From assembly GCF_048403405.1 (NCBI RefSeq), contig NZ_CP183129.1: a stretch of DNA of 64,000 bases; one strand, 5' to 3'. The notes beneath the pieces are model-generated. The model searched no databases. It had not been told where the DNA came from and worked only from the letters and a program-made list of their open reading frames with translations. This DNA is from Escherichia coli. GTDB lineage: Bacteria > Pseudomonadota > Gammaproteobacteria > Enterobacterales > Enterobacteriaceae. Every line of letters starts with the position of its first letter. Positions within the stretch are counted from its first letter, which is position 1. The translations under genes were made by a program, and so were the position numbers. Below, piece by piece: positions 36,425 through 48,617 of this stretch.

Positions 36425-36582
36425 TTTTATATAGCCTGAAACGGCTTAAAGGGCGATACTGAATAACAATTTTTCAGTATTGCCCGTCTAAATGGTTATG
36501 TTGTTATCTGTATGATTATGAATGTTTTTTCAGATTAAACAGCAGTTTGCAAATGGGCGTTTGTTAATAAAGGAGCCTTAGA

Positions 36583-37740
36583 TTGTCAGAGACTGAAAAA
36601 TGGTTAAAAATCCTTGTTGATGAAAATATGCCTTATGCCCGCGACTTATTTAGCCGTTTGGGTGAGGTGACCGCGGTTCCCGGGCGTCCAATTCCCGTGG
36701 CTCAACTGGCAGACGCGGATGCGATGATGGTGCGTTCGGTCACGAAAGTGAATGAATCTTTGCTGGCAGGAAAACCCATTAAATTTGTTGGCACTGCCAC
36801 CGCGGGGACCGACCATGTCGATGAAGCGTGGTTAAAGCAGGCGGGAATTGGTTTTTCCGCGGCACCTGGCTGTAATGCGATTGCGGTGGTGGAATATGTT
36901 TTCTCCTCACTGCTGATGCTTGCCGAACGCGATGGATTTTCACTGCACGAGCGTACCGTGGGGATCGTGGGCGTTGGTAACGTTGGTCGCCGTTTACAGG
37001 CGCGACTGGAAGCGTTAGGGATTACAACCTTGCTTTGCGATCCGCCCCGCGCCGACCGTGGGGATGAGGGGGATTTCCGCTCGCTGGATGAATTAGTTCA
37101 GCATGCGGATATTCTGACTTTCCATACGCCACTCTTTAAAGATGGTCCGTACAAAACGCTGCATCTGGCGGATGAAAAACTGATCCGCAGCCTGAAGCCG
37201 GGAGCGATTCTGATTAACGCCTGCCGTGGCGCAGTTGTCGATAATACCGCCCTGCTGACCTGCCTGAACGAAGGCCAGAAGTTAAGCGTAGTGCTGGATG
37301 TCTGGGAAGGCGAACCGGAACTTAACGTGGAATTGCTGAAAAAAGTGGATATCGGCACGCCGCATATCGCAGGCTATACCCTGGAAGGTAAAGCACGCGG
37401 TACTACGCAAGTGTTTGAAGCTTATAGCAAGTTTATTGGGCATGAACAGCACGTTGCGCTGGATACATTACTGCCCGCGCCAGAGTTTGGTCGCATTACG
37501 CTGCATGGCCCGCTCGATCAGCCAACGCTGAAAAGGCTGGTGCATTTGGTGTATGATGTGCGCCGCGATGACGCACCGCTGCGTAAAGTCGCCGGGATAC
37601 CGGGTGAGTTCGATAAACTGCGCAAAAACTATCTTGAGCGCCGTGAATGGTCATCTCTGTATGTGATTTGTGATGACGCCAGCGCGGCATCATTGCTGTG
37701 TAAACTGGGTTTTAACGCCGTTCATCATCCGGCACGTTAA
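36583..37740 (+). CDS. pdxB: Erythronate-4-phosphate dehydrogenase
   Basis: Full-length match to E. coli PdxB pattern ([15 protein letters not shown]...); exact start codon uncertain. Confidence 0.9.
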   Translation: MSETEKWLKILVDENMPYARDLFSRLGEVTAVPGRPIPVAQLADADAMMVRSVTKVNESLLAGKPIKFVGTATAGTDHVDEAWLKQAGIGFSAAPGCNAIAVVEYVFSSLLMLAERDGFSLHERTVGIVGVGNVGRRLQARLEALGITTLLCDPPRADRGDEGDFRSLDELVQHADILTFHTPLFKDGPYKTLHLADEKLIRSLKPGAILINACRGAVVDNTALLTCLNEGQKLSVVLDVWEGEPELNVELLKKVDIGTPHIAGYTLEGKARGTTQVFEAYSKFIGHEQHVALDTLLPAPEFGRITLHGPLDQPTLKRLVHLVYDVRRDDAPLRKVAGIPGEFDKLRKNYLERREWSSLYVICDDASAASLLCKLGFNAVHHPAR

Positions 37741-37805
37741 TCTCTTCTTCATGCTCTCTGCTGTAATATTGGCAGGGAGCTTTGCTATTTCTGGAGTAAA
37801 CCACC

Positions 37806-38819
37806 ATGTCTGAAGGCTGGAACATTGCCGTCCTGGGCGCAACTGGCGCTGTGGGCGAAGCCCTGCTTGAAACGCTGGCTGAACGTCAGTTCCCGGTTGG
37901 GGAAATTTATGCACTGGCACGTAACGAAAGCGCAGGCGAACAACTGCGCTTTGGTGGTAAGACAATCACCGTGCAGGATGCTGCTGAATTCGACTGGACG
38001 CAGGCGCAGCTGGCGTTTTTTGTCGCAGGCAAAGAAGCTACCGCTGCCTGGGTTGAAGAAGCGACCAACTCAGGTTGTCTGGTGATCGACAGCAGCGGAT
38101 TGTTTGCTCTCGAACCTGACGTACCGCTGGTGGTGCCGGAAGTAAACCCGTTTGTACTGACCGATTACCGCAACCGGAATGTCATCGCCGTACCGGACAG
38201 TCTGACCAGCCAACTGCTGGCGGCACTGAAACCGTTAATCGATCAGGGCGGTTTGTCGCGTATCAGCGTTACCAGCCTGATTTCAGCCTCCGCCCAGGGC
38301 AAAAAAGCGGTCGATGCGTTAGCGGGGCAGAGTGCGAAATTACTCAATGGCATTCCGATTGACGAAGAAGATTTCTTCGGGCGTCAGCTGGCGTTCAACA
38401 TGCTGCCGTTACTGCCGGATAGCGAAGGTAGCGTGCGTGAAGAACGTCGTATCGTTGACGAAGTACGCAAAATCCTGCAGGACGAAGGGCTGATGATTTC
38501 GGCAAGCGTCGTCCAGGCACCGGTATTCTACGGTCATGCCCAGATGGTCAACTTTGAAGCACTGCGTCCGCTGGCAGCAGAAGAAGCGCGTGATGCGTTT
38601 GCTCAGGGCGAAGATATTGTGCTCTCTGAAGAGAACGAATTCCCGACTCAGGTGGGGGATGCTTCTGGTACGCCGCATCTTTCCGTTGGCTGCGTACGTA
38701 ATGACTACGGTATGCCGGAGCAAGTTCAGTTCTGGTCGGTGGCCGATAACGTTCGCTTTGGCGGCGCGCTGATGGCAGTAAAAATCGCCGAGAAACTGGT
38801 GCAGGAGTATCTGTACTAA
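37806..38819 (+). CDS. usg: Usg protein (aspartate-semialdehyde dehydrogenase paralog)
   Basis: 337 aa, conserved position between pdxB and truA. Confidence 0.9.
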   Translation: MSEGWNIAVLGATGAVGEALLETLAERQFPVGEIYALARNESAGEQLRFGGKTITVQDAAEFDWTQAQLAFFVAGKEATAAWVEEATNSGCLVIDSSGLFALEPDVPLVVPEVNPFVLTDYRNRNVIAVPDSLTSQLLAALKPLIDQGGLSRISVTSLISASAQGKKAVDALAGQSAKLLNGIPIDEEDFFGRQLAFNMLPLLPDSEGSVREERRIVDEVRKILQDEGLMISASVVQAPVFYGHAQMVNFEALRPLAAEEARDAFAQGEDIVLSEENEFPTQVGDASGTPHLSVGCVRNDYGMPEQVQFWSVADNVRFGGALMAVKIAEKLVQEYLY

Positions 38820-39631
38820 TGTCCGACCAGCAACAACCGCCAGTTTATAAAATTGCGCTGGGCATTGAGTACGACGGCAGTAAGTATTACGGCTGGCAAC
38901 GGCAGAACGAAGTCCGCAGTGTGCAGGAGAAGCTGGAAAAGGCGCTCTCCCAGGTGGCGAACGAACCGATCACCGTCTTCTGCGCCGGGCGTACTGACGC
39001 AGGTGTACACGGCACCGGGCAGGTTGTGCATTTCGAAACGACCGCGCAGCGCAAAGACGCTGCGTGGACGTTGGGCGTAAATGCGAATTTACCTGGTGAC
39101 ATCGCCGTGCGTTGGGTTAAAGCTGTACCTGATGATTTTCATGCCCGATTTAGCGCCACGGCTCGCCGTTATCGCTACATCATCTACAATCATCGGCTGC
39201 GCCCGGCGGTATTGAGTAAAGGGGTAACCCATTTTTACGAACCGCTGGACGCTGAACGGATGCATCGGGCCGCGCAATGCTTGCTGGGCGAGAATGATTT
39301 CACCTCGTTCCGTGCGGTGCAGTGCCAGTCCCGAACCCCGTGGCGCAACGTTATGCATATTAATGTCACGCGTCACGGTCCTTATGTGGTGGTAGATATC
39401 AAAGCGAATGCCTTTGTACATCATATGGTCAGGAATATTGTCGGCAGCCTGATGGAAGTCGGTGCCCACAACCAGCCGGAGAGCTGGATAGCAGAGTTGC
39501 TGGCGGCAAAGGACAGAACGCTGGCGGCAGCAACGGCAAAAGCGGAAGGGCTGTATCTGGTCGCGGTGGATTACCCTGACCGGTATGATCTTCCAAAACC
39601 GCCAATGGGCCCGCTATTTCTGGCGGACTAA
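38819..39631 (+). CDS. truA: tRNA pseudouridine(38-40) synthase
   Basis: 270 aa, conserved TruA sequence and position. Confidence 0.95.
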   Translation: MSDQQQPPVYKIALGIEYDGSKYYGWQRQNEVRSVQEKLEKALSQVANEPITVFCAGRTDAGVHGTGQVVHFETTAQRKDAAWTLGVNANLPGDIAVRWVKAVPDDFHARFSATARRYRYIIYNHRLRPAVLSKGVTHFYEPLDAERMHRAAQCLLGENDFTSFRAVQCQSRTPWRNVMHINVTRHGPYVVVDIKANAFVHHMVRNIVGSLMEVGAHNQPESWIAELLAAKDRTLAAATAKAEGLYLVAVDYPDRYDLPKPPMGPLFLAD

Positions 39632-39713
39632 CAAGAATAATGCTCGGAACATTTCAGGCTGTAGCCAACGTAGTTACAGCCTGAAAGATGACGAGTACAA
39701 GGCATAGGCTAAT

Positions 39714-40373
39714 ATGGACCTGATTTATTTCCTCATCGATTTTATCCTGCACATTGACGTGCATCTGGCAGAACTGGTCGCGGAGTATGGCGTCTGGGTT
39801 TATGCCATTTTGTTCTTAATTTTGTTCTGTGAAACCGGTCTGGTGGTAACGCCGTTTTTACCGGGTGATTCATTGCTGTTTGTTGCCGGTGCGTTGGCAT
39901 CACTGGAAACCAACGATCTCAACGTCCATATGATGGTGGTGCTGATGCTGATCGCCGCGATTGTGGGTGACGCGGTGAACTACACCATTGGACGGTTATT
40001 TGGTGACAAACTGTTCAGTAATCCGGATTCGAAAATCTTTCGTCGCAGTTATCTTGATAAGACTCATCAGTTTTACGAGAAACATGGCGGCAAAACGATT
40101 ATTCTCGCCCGTTTTGTGCCGATCGTCAGAACGTTCGCGCCGTTCGTTGCGGGAATGGGCCACATGTCGTATCGTCATTTCGCCGCTTTTAACGTCATCG
40201 GCGCGTTGCTATGGGTACTGATTTTTACCTACGCGGGTTATTTCTTCGGAACGCTCCCCTTCATTCAGAGCAACCTTAAACTGATGATTGTTGGCATTAT
40301 TTTTGTTTCAATATTGCCAGGTGTTTTCGAATTTATTCGCCACAAACGCGCTGCGGCACGCGCCGCAAAATAA
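39714..40373 (+). CDS. dedA: DedA family inner-membrane protein
   Basis: 219 aa, hydrophobic; conserved position. Confidence 0.9.
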   Translation: MDLIYFLIDFILHIDVHLAELVAEYGVWVYAILFLILFCETGLVVTPFLPGDSLLFVAGALASLETNDLNVHMMVVLMLIAAIVGDAVNYTIGRLFGDKLFSNPDSKIFRRSYLDKTHQFYEKHGGKTIILARFVPIVRTFAPFVAGMGHMSYRHFAAFNVIGALLWVLIFTYAGYFFGTLPFIQSNLKLMIVGIIFVSILPGVFEFIRHKRAAARAAK

Positions 40374-40528
40374 AAAGTAACTCCGCGGTTCGACCACTTT
40401 TTTATCCAAAGTTTCGGGCTGTTATGTTTTAATGTGCAACATTCATGGTCTGTTGGGGGCAAAAATGGCATTATGCGTCCCCAAAGATAAAACTGGCATC
40501 GAACCAGGTTCAGACAGAAAGGTCCCTA

Positions 40529-41443
40529 ATGAGCTGGATTGAACGAATTAAAAGCAACATTACTCCCACCCGCAAGGCGAGCATTCCTGAAGGGGTGTGG
40601 ACTAAGTGTGATAGCTGCGGTCAGGTTTTATACCGCGCTGAGCTGGAACGTAATCTTGAGGTCTGTCCGAAGTGTGACCATCACATGCGTATGACAGCGC
40701 GTAATCGCCTGCATAGCCTGTTAGATGAAGGAAGCCTTGTGGAGCTGGGTAGCGAGCTTGAGCCGAAAGATGTGCTGAAGTTTCGTGACTCCAAGAAGTA
40801 TAAAGACCGTCTGGCATCTGCGCAGAAAGAAACCGGCGAAAAAGATGCGCTGGTGGTGATGAAAGGCACCCTGTATGGAATGCCGGTTGTCGCTGCGGCA
40901 TTCGAGTTTGCCTTTATGGGCGGTTCCATGGGGTCTGTGGTAGGTGCACGTTTCGTGCGTGCCGTTGAGCAGGCGCTGGAAGATAACTGCCCACTGATCT
41001 GCTTCTCCGCCTCTGGTGGCGCACGTATGCAGGAAGCACTGATGTCGCTGATGCAGATGGCGAAAACCTCTGCGGCGCTGGCAAAAATGCAGGAGCGCGG
41101 CTTGCCGTACATCTCCGTGCTGACCGACCCGACCATGGGTGGTGTTTCTGCAAGTTTCGCCATGCTGGGCGATCTCAACATCGCTGAACCGAAAGCGTTA
41201 ATCGGCTTTGCCGGTCCGCGTGTTATCGAACAGACCGTTCGCGAAAAACTGCCGCCAGGATTCCAGCGCAGTGAATTCCTGATCGAGAAAGGCGCGATCG
41301 ACATGATCGTCCGTCGTCCGGAAATGCGCCTGAAACTGGCGAGCATTCTGGCGAAGTTGATGAATCTGCCAGCGCCGAATCCTGAAGCGCCGCGTGAAGG
41401 CGTAGTGGTGCCACCGGTACCAGATCAGGAACCTGAGGCCTGA
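40529..41443 (+). CDS. accD: Acetyl-CoA carboxylase carboxyltransferase beta subunit
   Basis: Start trimmed to MSWIERIK; zinc-finger CDSCG...CPKCDHH. Confidence 0.95.
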
Positions 41444-41512
41444 TAACTGATAAGGGCAGGGCCACTGGCTCTGCCCTTTTGCTATTCTCACCGTAACGAA
41501 TCAGCGGATACC

Positions 41513-42781
41513 ATGATTATCAAACGCACTCCTCAAGCCGCGTCGCCTCTGGCTTCGTGGCTTTCTTATCTGGAAAACCTGCACAGTAAAACTATCGATC
41601 TCGGCCTTGAGCGCGTGAGCCAGGTCGCGGCGCGTCTTGGCGTCCTGAAACCTGCGCCATTTGTGTTTACCGTTGCGGGTACGAATGGCAAAGGCACCAC
41701 TTGCCGTACGCTGGAGTCGATTCTGATGGCGGCAGGGTACAAAGTGGGCGTCTACAGTTCGCCGCATCTGGTGCGTTATACCGAGCGCGTACGTGTGCAG
41801 GGCCAGGAATTGCCGGAATCGGCCCACACCGCCTCTTTTGCGGAGATTGAATCGGCACGCGGTGATATTTCCCTGACCTATTTCGAGTACGGTACGCTGT
41901 CGGCGTTGTGGCTGTTCAAGCAGGCACAACTTGACGTGGTGATTCTGGAAGTAGGGCTGGGCGGTCGTCTGGACGCAACCAATATTGTCGATGCCGATGT
42001 CGCGGTAGTAACCAGTATTGCGCTGGATCATACCGACTGGCTGGGGCCAGATCGCGAAAGTATTGGTCGCGAGAAAGCAGGTATCTTTCGCAGCGAAAAA
42101 CCGGCAATTGTCGGTGAGCCGGAAATGCCTTCTACCATTGCTGATGTGGCGCAGGAAAAAAGTGCACTGTTACAACGTCGGGGCGTTGAGTGGAACTATT
42201 CCGTCACCGATCATGACTGGGCGTTTAGCGATGCTCACGGCACGCTGGAAAATCTGCCGTTGCCGCTTGTCCCGCAACCGAATGCCGCAACGGCGCTGGC
42301 GGCACTGCGTGCCAGCGGGCTGGAGGTCAGTGAAAATGCCATTCGCGACGGGATTGCCAGCGCAATTTTGCCGGGACGTTTCCAGATTGTGAGCGAGTCG
42401 CCACGTGTTATTTTTGATGTCGCGCATAATCCACATGCGGCGGAATATCTCACCGGGCGTATGAAAGCGCTACCGAAAAACGGGCGCGTGCTGGCGGTTA
42501 TCGGTATGCTACATGATAAAGATATTGCCGGAACTCTGGCCTGGTTGAAAAGCGTGGTTGATGACTGGTATTGTGCGCCACTGGAAGGGCCGCGCGGTGC
42601 CACGGCAGAACAACTGCTTGAGCATTTGGGTAACGGCAAATCATTTGATAGCGTGGCGCAGGCATGGGATGCCGCAATGGCGGACGCTAAAGCGGAAGAT
42701 ACCGTGCTGGTGTGTGGTTCGTTCCACACGGTCGCACATGTCATGGAAGTGATTGACGCGAGGAGAAGCGGTGGCAAGTAA
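41513..42781 (+). CDS. folC: Dihydrofolate synthase / folylpolyglutamate synthase
   Basis: 422 aa, GTNGKGTT P-loop. Confidence 0.95.
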   Translation: MIIKRTPQAASPLASWLSYLENLHSKTIDLGLERVSQVAARLGVLKPAPFVFTVAGTNGKGTTCRTLESILMAAGYKVGVYSSPHLVRYTERVRVQGQELPESAHTASFAEIESARGDISLTYFEYGTLSALWLFKQAQLDVVILEVGLGGRLDATNIVDADVAVVTSIALDHTDWLGPDRESIGREKAGIFRSEKPAIVGEPEMPSTIADVAQEKSALLQRRGVEWNYSVTDHDWAFSDAHGTLENLPLPLVPQPNAATALAALRASGLEVSENAIRDGIASAILPGRFQIVSESPRVIFDVAHNPHAAEYLTGRMKALPKNGRVLAVIGMLHDKDIAGTLAWLKSVVDDWYCAPLEGPRGATAEQLLEHLGNGKSFDSVAQAWDAAMADAKAEDTVLVCGSFHTVAHVMEVIDARRSGGK

Positions 42782-43421
42782 GTTTCAGAATCGGTTAGTG
42801 GGCACGATCGTGCTGGTGGCGCTGGGGGTGATTGTACTTCCAGGGCTGCTGGACGGGCAGAAAAAACATTATCAGGATGAGTTCGCGGCTATCCCGCTGG
42901 TGCCGAAAGCGGGCGATCGCGATGAGCCTGATATGATGCCAGCCGCCACCCAGGCGTTGCCGACGCAGCCGCCGGAAGGCGCAGCGGAAGAGGTGCGGGC
43001 AGGTGATGCCGCAGCACCGTCGCTCGATCCGGCCACTATTGCAGCCAATAACACCGAGTTTGAACCGGAACCTGCACCGGTCGTCCCACCGAAGCCGAAA
43101 CCGGTGGAGCCGCCTAAGCCGAAGGTTGAAGCACCACCTGCGCCGAAGCCGGTCGTGGAAGAAAAAGCAGCGCCAACGGGTAAAGCCTATGTTGTACAAC
43201 TGGGCGCACTGAAAAATGCCGATAAAGTGAATGAGATTGTCGGTAAGCTGCGCGGTGCCGGTTATCGGGTTTATACGTCGCCATCCACGCCAGTGCAGGG
43301 TAAAATTACCCGTATTCTGGTTGGGCCAGATGCCTCGAAAGATAAGCTGAAAGGTTCGCTGGGTGAGTTGAAGCAACTTTCTGGCTTAAGTGGCGTGGTA
43401 ATGGGCTATACGCCGAATTAA
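42771..43421 (+). CDS. dedD: Cell division protein DedD (SPOR domain)
   Basis: GTG start (VASKFQNRLVGTIVLVALG); Pro/Lys-rich linker; overlaps the folC stop. Confidence 0.9.
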   Translation: MASKFQNRLVGTIVLVALGVIVLPGLLDGQKKHYQDEFAAIPLVPKAGDRDEPDMMPAATQALPTQPPEGAAEEVRAGDAAAPSLDPATIAANNTEFEPEPAPVVPPKPKPVEPPKPKVEAPPAPKPVVEEKAAPTGKAYVVQLGALKNADKVNEIVGKLRGAGYRVYTSPSTPVQGKITRILVGPDASKDKLKGSLGELKQLSGLSGVVMGYTPN

Positions 43422-43430
43422 TACGGTCTT

Positions 43431-43612
43431 GCCTGATGCGACGCTGGCGCGTCTTATCAGTCCTACGCAGGAGTAGAACCGTAGGTCGAATAAGGCGTTC
43501 ACGCCGCATCCGACAGCCGTTGCCTGATGCGACGCTGGCGCGTCTTATCAGGCCTGCGCAGGGGTAGAACCGTAGGTCGAATAAGGCGTTCACGCCGCAT
43601 CCGACACGCATT
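43431..43612. repeat. Tandem REP/BIME-type extragenic palindromic repeats (two ~90-bp units)
   Basis: GCCTGATGCGACGCTGGCGCGTCTTATCAGGCCT... unit repeated at 43431-43520 and 43522-43611. Confidence 0.7.
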
Positions 43613-43698
43613 GCCCGATGCCGCAAAGGCATAAAAAGTCGATGGCGTTGAATATTTTTTCAGCGCCATTTTTATTGATGCGTGGGAAGGAAATCCCT

Positions 43699-43714
43699 AC
43701 GCAAACGTTTTCTT
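43699..43714. promoter_or_regulatory. PurR operator (PUR box) upstream of cvpA-purF
   Basis: ACGCAAACGTTTTCTT matches the PUR box consensus; -10-like TTAGAAT follows. Confidence 0.5.
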
Positions 43715-43770
43715 TTTCTGTTAGAATGCGCCCCGAACAGGATGACAGGGCGTAAAATCGTGGAACACAT

Positions 43771-44259
43771 ATGGTCTGGATTGATTACGCCATAATCGCG
43801 GTGATTGCTTTTTCCTCTCTGGTTAGCCTGATCCGCGGCTTTGTTCGTGAAGCGTTATCGCTGGTGACATGGGGTTGTGCTTTCTTTGTTGCCAGTCATT
43901 ACTACACTTACCTGTCAGTCTGGTTTACGGGCTTTGAAGACGAACTGGTTCGAAATGGGATTGCCATCGCGGTACTGTTTATCGCTACCCTGATTGTTGG
44001 TGCTATCGTGAACTTCGTGATAGGCCAGTTGGTGGAGAAAACGGGGTTGTCAGGCACCGATCGGGTGCTGGGCGTCTGTTTCGGTGCGTTGCGCGGTGTG
44101 TTGATTGTTGCCGCCATTCTCTTCTTTCTCGACTCCTTTACCGGGGTGTCGAAAAGCGAAGACTGGAGCAAATCACAGCTGATCCCGCAGTTCAGTTTTA
44201 TCATCAGATGGTTTTTTGATTATCTGCAAAGCTCGTCAAGTTTCTTGCCCAGAGCGTAA
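43771..44259 (+). CDS. cvpA: Colicin V production membrane protein
   Basis: 162 aa, hydrophobic; upstream of purF. Confidence 0.9.
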   Translation: MVWIDYAIIAVIAFSSLVSLIRGFVREALSLVTWGCAFFVASHYYTYLSVWFTGFEDELVRNGIAIAVLFIATLIVGAIVNFVIGQLVEKTGLSGTDRVLGVCFGALRGVLIVAAILFFLDSFTGVSKSEDWSKSQLIPQFSFIIRWFFDYLQSSSSFLPRA

Positions 44260-44295
44260 GTGCTCTGAGATGTGGCTTAACGAGGAAAAAGACGT

Positions 44296-45813
44296 ATGTG
44301 CGGTATTGTCGGTATCGCCGGTGTTATGCCGGTTAACCAGTCGATTTATGATGCCTTAACGGTGCTTCAGCATCGCGGTCAGGATGCCGCCGGCATCATC
44401 ACCATAGATGCCAATAACTGCTTCCGTTTGCGTAAAGCGAACGGGCTGGTGAGCGATGTATTTGAAGCTCGCCATATGCAGCGTTTGCAGGGCAATATGG
44501 GCATTGGTCATGTGCGTTACCCTACGGCTGGCAGCTCCAGCGCCTCTGAAGCGCAGCCGTTTTACGTTAACTCTCCGTATGGCATTACGCTTGCCCACAA
44601 CGGCAATCTGACCAACGCTCACGAGTTGCGTAAAAAACTGTTTGAAGAAAAACGCCGCCACATCAACACCACTTCCGACTCGGAAATTCTGCTTAATATC
44701 TTCGCCAGCGAGCTGGACAACTTCCGCCACTACCCGCTGGAAGCCGACAATATTTTCGCTGCCATTGCTGCCACAAACCGCTTAATCCGCGGCGCGTATG
44801 CCTGCGTGGCGATGATTATCGGCCATGGTATGGTTGCTTTCCGCGATCCTAACGGGATTCGTCCGCTCGTACTGGGAAAACGTGATATTGACGAGAACCG
44901 CACAGAATATATGGTCGCTTCCGAAAGCGTTGCGCTCGATACACTAGGCTTTGATTTCCTGCGTGACGTCGCGCCGGGCGAAGCGATTTACATCACTGAA
45001 GAAGGGCAGTTGTTTACCCGTCAATGTGCTGACAATCCGGTCAGCAATCCGTGCCTGTTTGAGTATGTATACTTTGCTCGCCCGGACTCGTTCATCGACA
45101 AAATTTCCGTTTACAGCGCGCGTGTGAATATGGGCACGAAGCTGGGCGAGAAAATTGCCCGCGAATGGGAAGATCTGGATATCGACGTGGTGATCCCGAT
45201 CCCGGAAACCTCGTGTGATATCGCGCTGGAAATTGCTCGTATTCTGGGCAAACCGTACCGTCAGGGCTTCGTTAAAAACCGCTATGTAGGCCGTACCTTC
45301 ATCATGCCGGGTCAGCAACTGCGTCGTAAGTCCGTGCGCCGTAAACTGAACGCCAACCGCGCCGAGTTCCGCGATAAAAACGTCCTGCTGGTCGACGACT
45401 CCATCGTCCGTGGCACCACTTCTGAGCAGATTATCGAGATGGCACGCGAAGCCGGAGCGAAGAAAGTGTACCTCGCTTCTGCGGCACCGGAGATTCGCTT
45501 CCCGAACGTTTATGGTATTGATATGCCGAGCGCCACGGAACTGATTGCTCACGGTCGCGAAGTAGATGAAATTCGCCAGATCATCGGTGCTGACGGGTTG
45601 ATTTTCCAGGATCTGAACGATCTGATCGAAGCCGTTCGCGCTGAAAACCCGGATATTCAGCAGTTTGAGTGTTCGGTGTTCAACGGCGTCTACGTCACCA
45701 AGGATGTTGATCAGGGCTACCTCGATTTCCTCGATACGTTACGTAATGACGACGCCAAAGCAGTGCAACGTCAGAACGAAGTGGAAAATCTCGAAATGCA
45801 TAACGAAGGATGA
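44296..45813 (+). CDS. purF: Amidophosphoribosyltransferase
   Basis: 505 aa, N-terminal MCGIVGI. Confidence 0.95.
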   Translation: MCGIVGIAGVMPVNQSIYDALTVLQHRGQDAAGIITIDANNCFRLRKANGLVSDVFEARHMQRLQGNMGIGHVRYPTAGSSSASEAQPFYVNSPYGITLAHNGNLTNAHELRKKLFEEKRRHINTTSDSEILLNIFASELDNFRHYPLEADNIFAAIAATNRLIRGAYACVAMIIGHGMVAFRDPNGIRPLVLGKRDIDENRTEYMVASESVALDTLGFDFLRDVAPGEAIYITEEGQLFTRQCADNPVSNPCLFEYVYFARPDSFIDKISVYSARVNMGTKLGEKIAREWEDLDIDVVIPIPETSCDIALEIARILGKPYRQGFVKNRYVGRTFIMPGQQLRRKSVRRKLNANRAEFRDKNVLLVDDSIVRGTTSEQIIEMAREAGAKKVYLASAAPEIRFPNVYGIDMPSATELIAHGREVDEIRQIIGADGLIFQDLNDLIEAVRAENPDIQQFECSVFNGVYVTKDVDQGYLDFLDTLRNDDAKAVQRQNEVENLEMHNEG

Positions 45814-45907
45814 TGCCTTCGCTCAGGGTGCCGGTCTGGCACCCTGACTTGCAACTCCCGCCGAAATCCTGCAAAGTCTGCCTGCAAGTCTGACAGGGCA
45901 ACTATTT

Positions 45908-46477
45908 ATGAAACGACTTATTGTGGGCATCAGCGGTGCCAGCGGCGCGATTTATGGCGTGCGCTTATTACAGGTTCTGCGCGATGTCGCAGATGTTGAA
46001 ACGCATCTGGTAATGAGCCAGGCCGCGCGCCAGACCTTATCTCTTGAAACGGATTTTTCCCTGCGCGAAGTGCAGGCATTAGCCGATGTGACGCACGATG
46101 CGCGCGATATTGCTGCCAGCATTTCTTCCGGTTCTTTCCAGACACTGGGGATGGTGATTTTACCCTGTTCAATCAAAACCCTGTCCGGCATTGTCCATAG
46201 CTATACTGATGGCTTACTGACCCGTGCGGCAGATGTGGTGCTGAAAGAGCGTCGCCCGTTGGTGCTCTGCGTACGTGAAACACCATTGCACTTAGGCCAT
46301 CTGCGTTTAATGACTCAGGCAGCAGAAATCGGTGCGGTGATTATGCCTCCCGTTCCGGCGTTTTATCATCGCCCGCAATCCCTTGATGATGTGATAAATC
46401 AGACGGTTAACCGTGTACTCGATCAATTCGCCATAACGCTTCCTGAAGATCTCTTTGCCCGCTGGCAGGGCGCATAA
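45908..46477 (+). CDS. ubiX: Flavin prenyltransferase
   Basis: 189 aa, MKRLIVGISGASGAIYG. Confidence 0.9.
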   Translation: MKRLIVGISGASGAIYGVRLLQVLRDVADVETHLVMSQAARQTLSLETDFSLREVQALADVTHDARDIAASISSGSFQTLGMVILPCSIKTLSGIVHSYTDGLLTRAADVVLKERRPLVLCVRETPLHLGHLRLMTQAAEIGAVIMPPVPAFYHRPQSLDDVINQTVNRVLDQFAITLPEDLFARWQGA

Positions 46478-46489
46478 CTCCGCTGTTGC

Positions 46490-46516
46490 CCTGTTTCAGG
46501 GCAATTTTGCAACCGC
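46490..46516 (+). terminator. Intrinsic terminator after ubiX
   Basis: TTGCCCTG-ttt-CAGGGCAA followed by TTTTG. Confidence 0.4.
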
Positions 46517-46658
46517 GATCAAATCCTCGACATTTTGTTCCTTTCGATGAATCGAAACGCTGCGATTCAACCGCCATACCTGCTATCTTCAACTTCAGGA
46601 CAATAATGCAACGTCTTATTAACATATTTAACGTTGAATGTTACTGCTGTCGTAAAGA

Positions 46659-46675
46659 TGGCATAAGACCTGCAT
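46659..46675 (+). promoter_or_regulatory. Candidate sigma-54 promoter of argT
   Basis: TGGCAT-N5-CTGCA with GG and GC elements spaced as in the -24/-12 consensus. Confidence 0.45.
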
Positions 46676-46742
46676 GAAAGAGCCTGCAAACACACAACAC
46701 AATACACAACATAAAAAAGCCATTTTCACTTGAGGGTTATGT

Positions 46743-47525
46743 ATGAAGAAGTCGATTCTCGCTCTGTCTTTGTTAGTCGGTCTCTCCGCAGCGGCTTCCA
46801 GCTATGCGGCGCTACCGGAGACGGTACGTATCGGAACTGATACCACCTATGCGCCGTTCTCATCGAAAGATGCCAAAGGTGACTTTGTTGGCTTTGATAT
46901 CGATCTCGGTAACGAGATGTGCAAACGGATGCAGGTGAAATGTACCTGGGTTGCCAGTGACTTTGACGCGCTGATCCCCTCACTGAAAGCGAAAAAAATC
47001 GACGCCATTATTTCGTCGCTTTCCATTACCGATAAACGTCAGCAGGAGATTGCTTTCTCCGACAAGCTGTACGCCGCAGATTCTCGTTTGATTGCCGCCA
47101 AAGGTTCGCCGATTCAGCCAACGCTGGATTCACTGAAAGGTAAACATGTGGGTGTGCTGCAGGGATCAACCCAGGAAGCTTACGCTAACGAGACCTGGCG
47201 TAGCAAAGGCGTGGATGTGGTGGCCTATGCCAACCAGGATTTGGTCTATTCCGATCTGGCTGCAGGACGTCTGGATGCCGCACTGCAGGATGAAGTGGCG
47301 GCCAGCGAAGGTTTCCTCAAGCAACCAGCCGGTAAAGAGTTCGCTTTTGCTGGCTCATCAGTGAAAGACAAAAAATACTTCGGTGACGGTACCGGTGTAG
47401 GGCTACGTAAAGATGATGCCGAACTGACGGCTGCCTTCAATAAGGCGCTTGGCGAGCTGCGTCAGGACGGCACCTACGACAAGATGGCGAAAAAGTATTT
47501 TGACTTTAATGTCTACGGTGACTGA
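46743..47525 (+). CDS. argT: Lysine/arginine/ornithine periplasmic binding protein
   Basis: 260 aa with signal peptide; paralog of the downstream hisJ. Confidence 0.9.
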   Translation: MKKSILALSLLVGLSAAASSYAALPETVRIGTDTTYAPFSSKDAKGDFVGFDIDLGNEMCKRMQVKCTWVASDFDALIPSLKAKKIDAIISSLSITDKRQQEIAFSDKLYAADSRLIAAKGSPIQPTLDSLKGKHVGVLQGSTQEAYANETWRSKGVDVVAYANQDLVYSDLAAGRLDAALQDEVAASEGFLKQPAGKEFAFAGSSVKDKKYFGDGTGVGLRKDDAELTAAFNKALGELRQDGTYDKMAKKYFDFNVYGD

Positions 47526-47745
47526 TACGTCGCAGGGAAGCTGTACCTGATGGAATGATCATCATGGTGCACGCCAGGTTTGTTGCACTATCGTGGTGCA
47601 TTGAAATGCATACTTAAGCATTTTTAATGAAAAATAATACGTCTAACGGGGCGGGATATTTTGCCTTGATGGTCAATTTTATGGCACGATAAGTGTAACA
47701 AACCTGTAAATATTCCCTATAAAAAGACTGTCAGTTGAGGACATT

Positions 47746-48528
47746 ATGAAAAAACTGGTGCTATCGCTCTCTCTGGTTCTGGCCTTCTCCAGCGCAACTG
47801 CGGCATTTGCTGCGATTCCGCAAAACATCCGCATCGGTACCGACCCGACCTATGCGCCATTTGAATCAAAAAATTCACAAGGCGAACTGGTTGGCTTCGA
47901 TATCGATCTGGCGAAGGAGTTGTGCAAGCGCATCAATACGCAATGTACGTTTGTCGAAAACCCACTGGATGCGTTAATCCCGTCCTTAAAAGCGAAGAAG
48001 ATTGACGCCATCATGTCATCGCTTTCCATTACGGAAAAACGTCAGCAAGAAATAGCCTTCACCGACAAACTGTACGCTGCCGATTCTCGTCTGGTGGTGG
48101 CGAAAAATTCCGACATTCAGCCGACAGTCGAGTCGCTGAAAGGCAAACGGGTAGGCGTATTGCAGGGCACCACCCAGGAGACGTTCGGTAACGAACACTG
48201 GGCACCAAAAGGCATTGAAATCGTCTCTTATCAGGGGCAGGACAACATTTATTCTGACCTGACTGCCGGACGTATTGATGCCGCGTTCCAGGATGAGGTC
48301 GCTGCCAGCGAAGGTTTCCTCAAACAACCCGTCGGTAAAGATTACAAATTCGGTGGCCCGTCTGTTAAAGATGAAAAACTGTTTGGCGTAGGGACCGGCA
48401 TGGGCCTGCGTAAAGAAGATAACGAACTGCGCGAGGCTCTGAACAAAGCCTTTGCCGAAATGCGCGCTGACGGTACTTACGAGAAATTAGCGAAAAAGTA
48501 CTTCGATTTTGATGTTTATGGTGGTTAA
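47746..48528 (+). CDS. hisJ: Histidine periplasmic binding protein
   Basis: 260 aa with signal peptide. Confidence 0.95.
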   Translation: MKKLVLSLSLVLAFSSATAAFAAIPQNIRIGTDPTYAPFESKNSQGELVGFDIDLAKELCKRINTQCTFVENPLDALIPSLKAKKIDAIMSSLSITEKRQQEIAFTDKLYAADSRLVVAKNSDIQPTVESLKGKRVGVLQGTTQETFGNEHWAPKGIEIVSYQGQDNIYSDLTAGRIDAAFQDEVAASEGFLKQPVGKDYKFGGPSVKDEKLFGVGTGMGLRKEDNELREALNKAFAEMRADGTYEKLAKKYFDFDVYGG

Positions 48529-48617
48529 TCGCCATCGGTGAAAGAAAGTCCGCTCCCTTCGGGTAACCGGAGGGAGACAAGAGGCGGTAATTCACCACAC
48601 ACGACAGGACAGGCAGC

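Noticed and set aside
42795-43376. 193-aa minus-strand ORF
   Set aside because: Antisense to dedD; Arg/Trp-rich shadow ORF of a Pro/Lys-rich gene.
43431-43612. Possible CRISPR or mobile-element remnant
   Set aside because: Sequence is the classic E. coli REP palindromic unit in tandem (BIME), not a CRISPR or insertion sequence.
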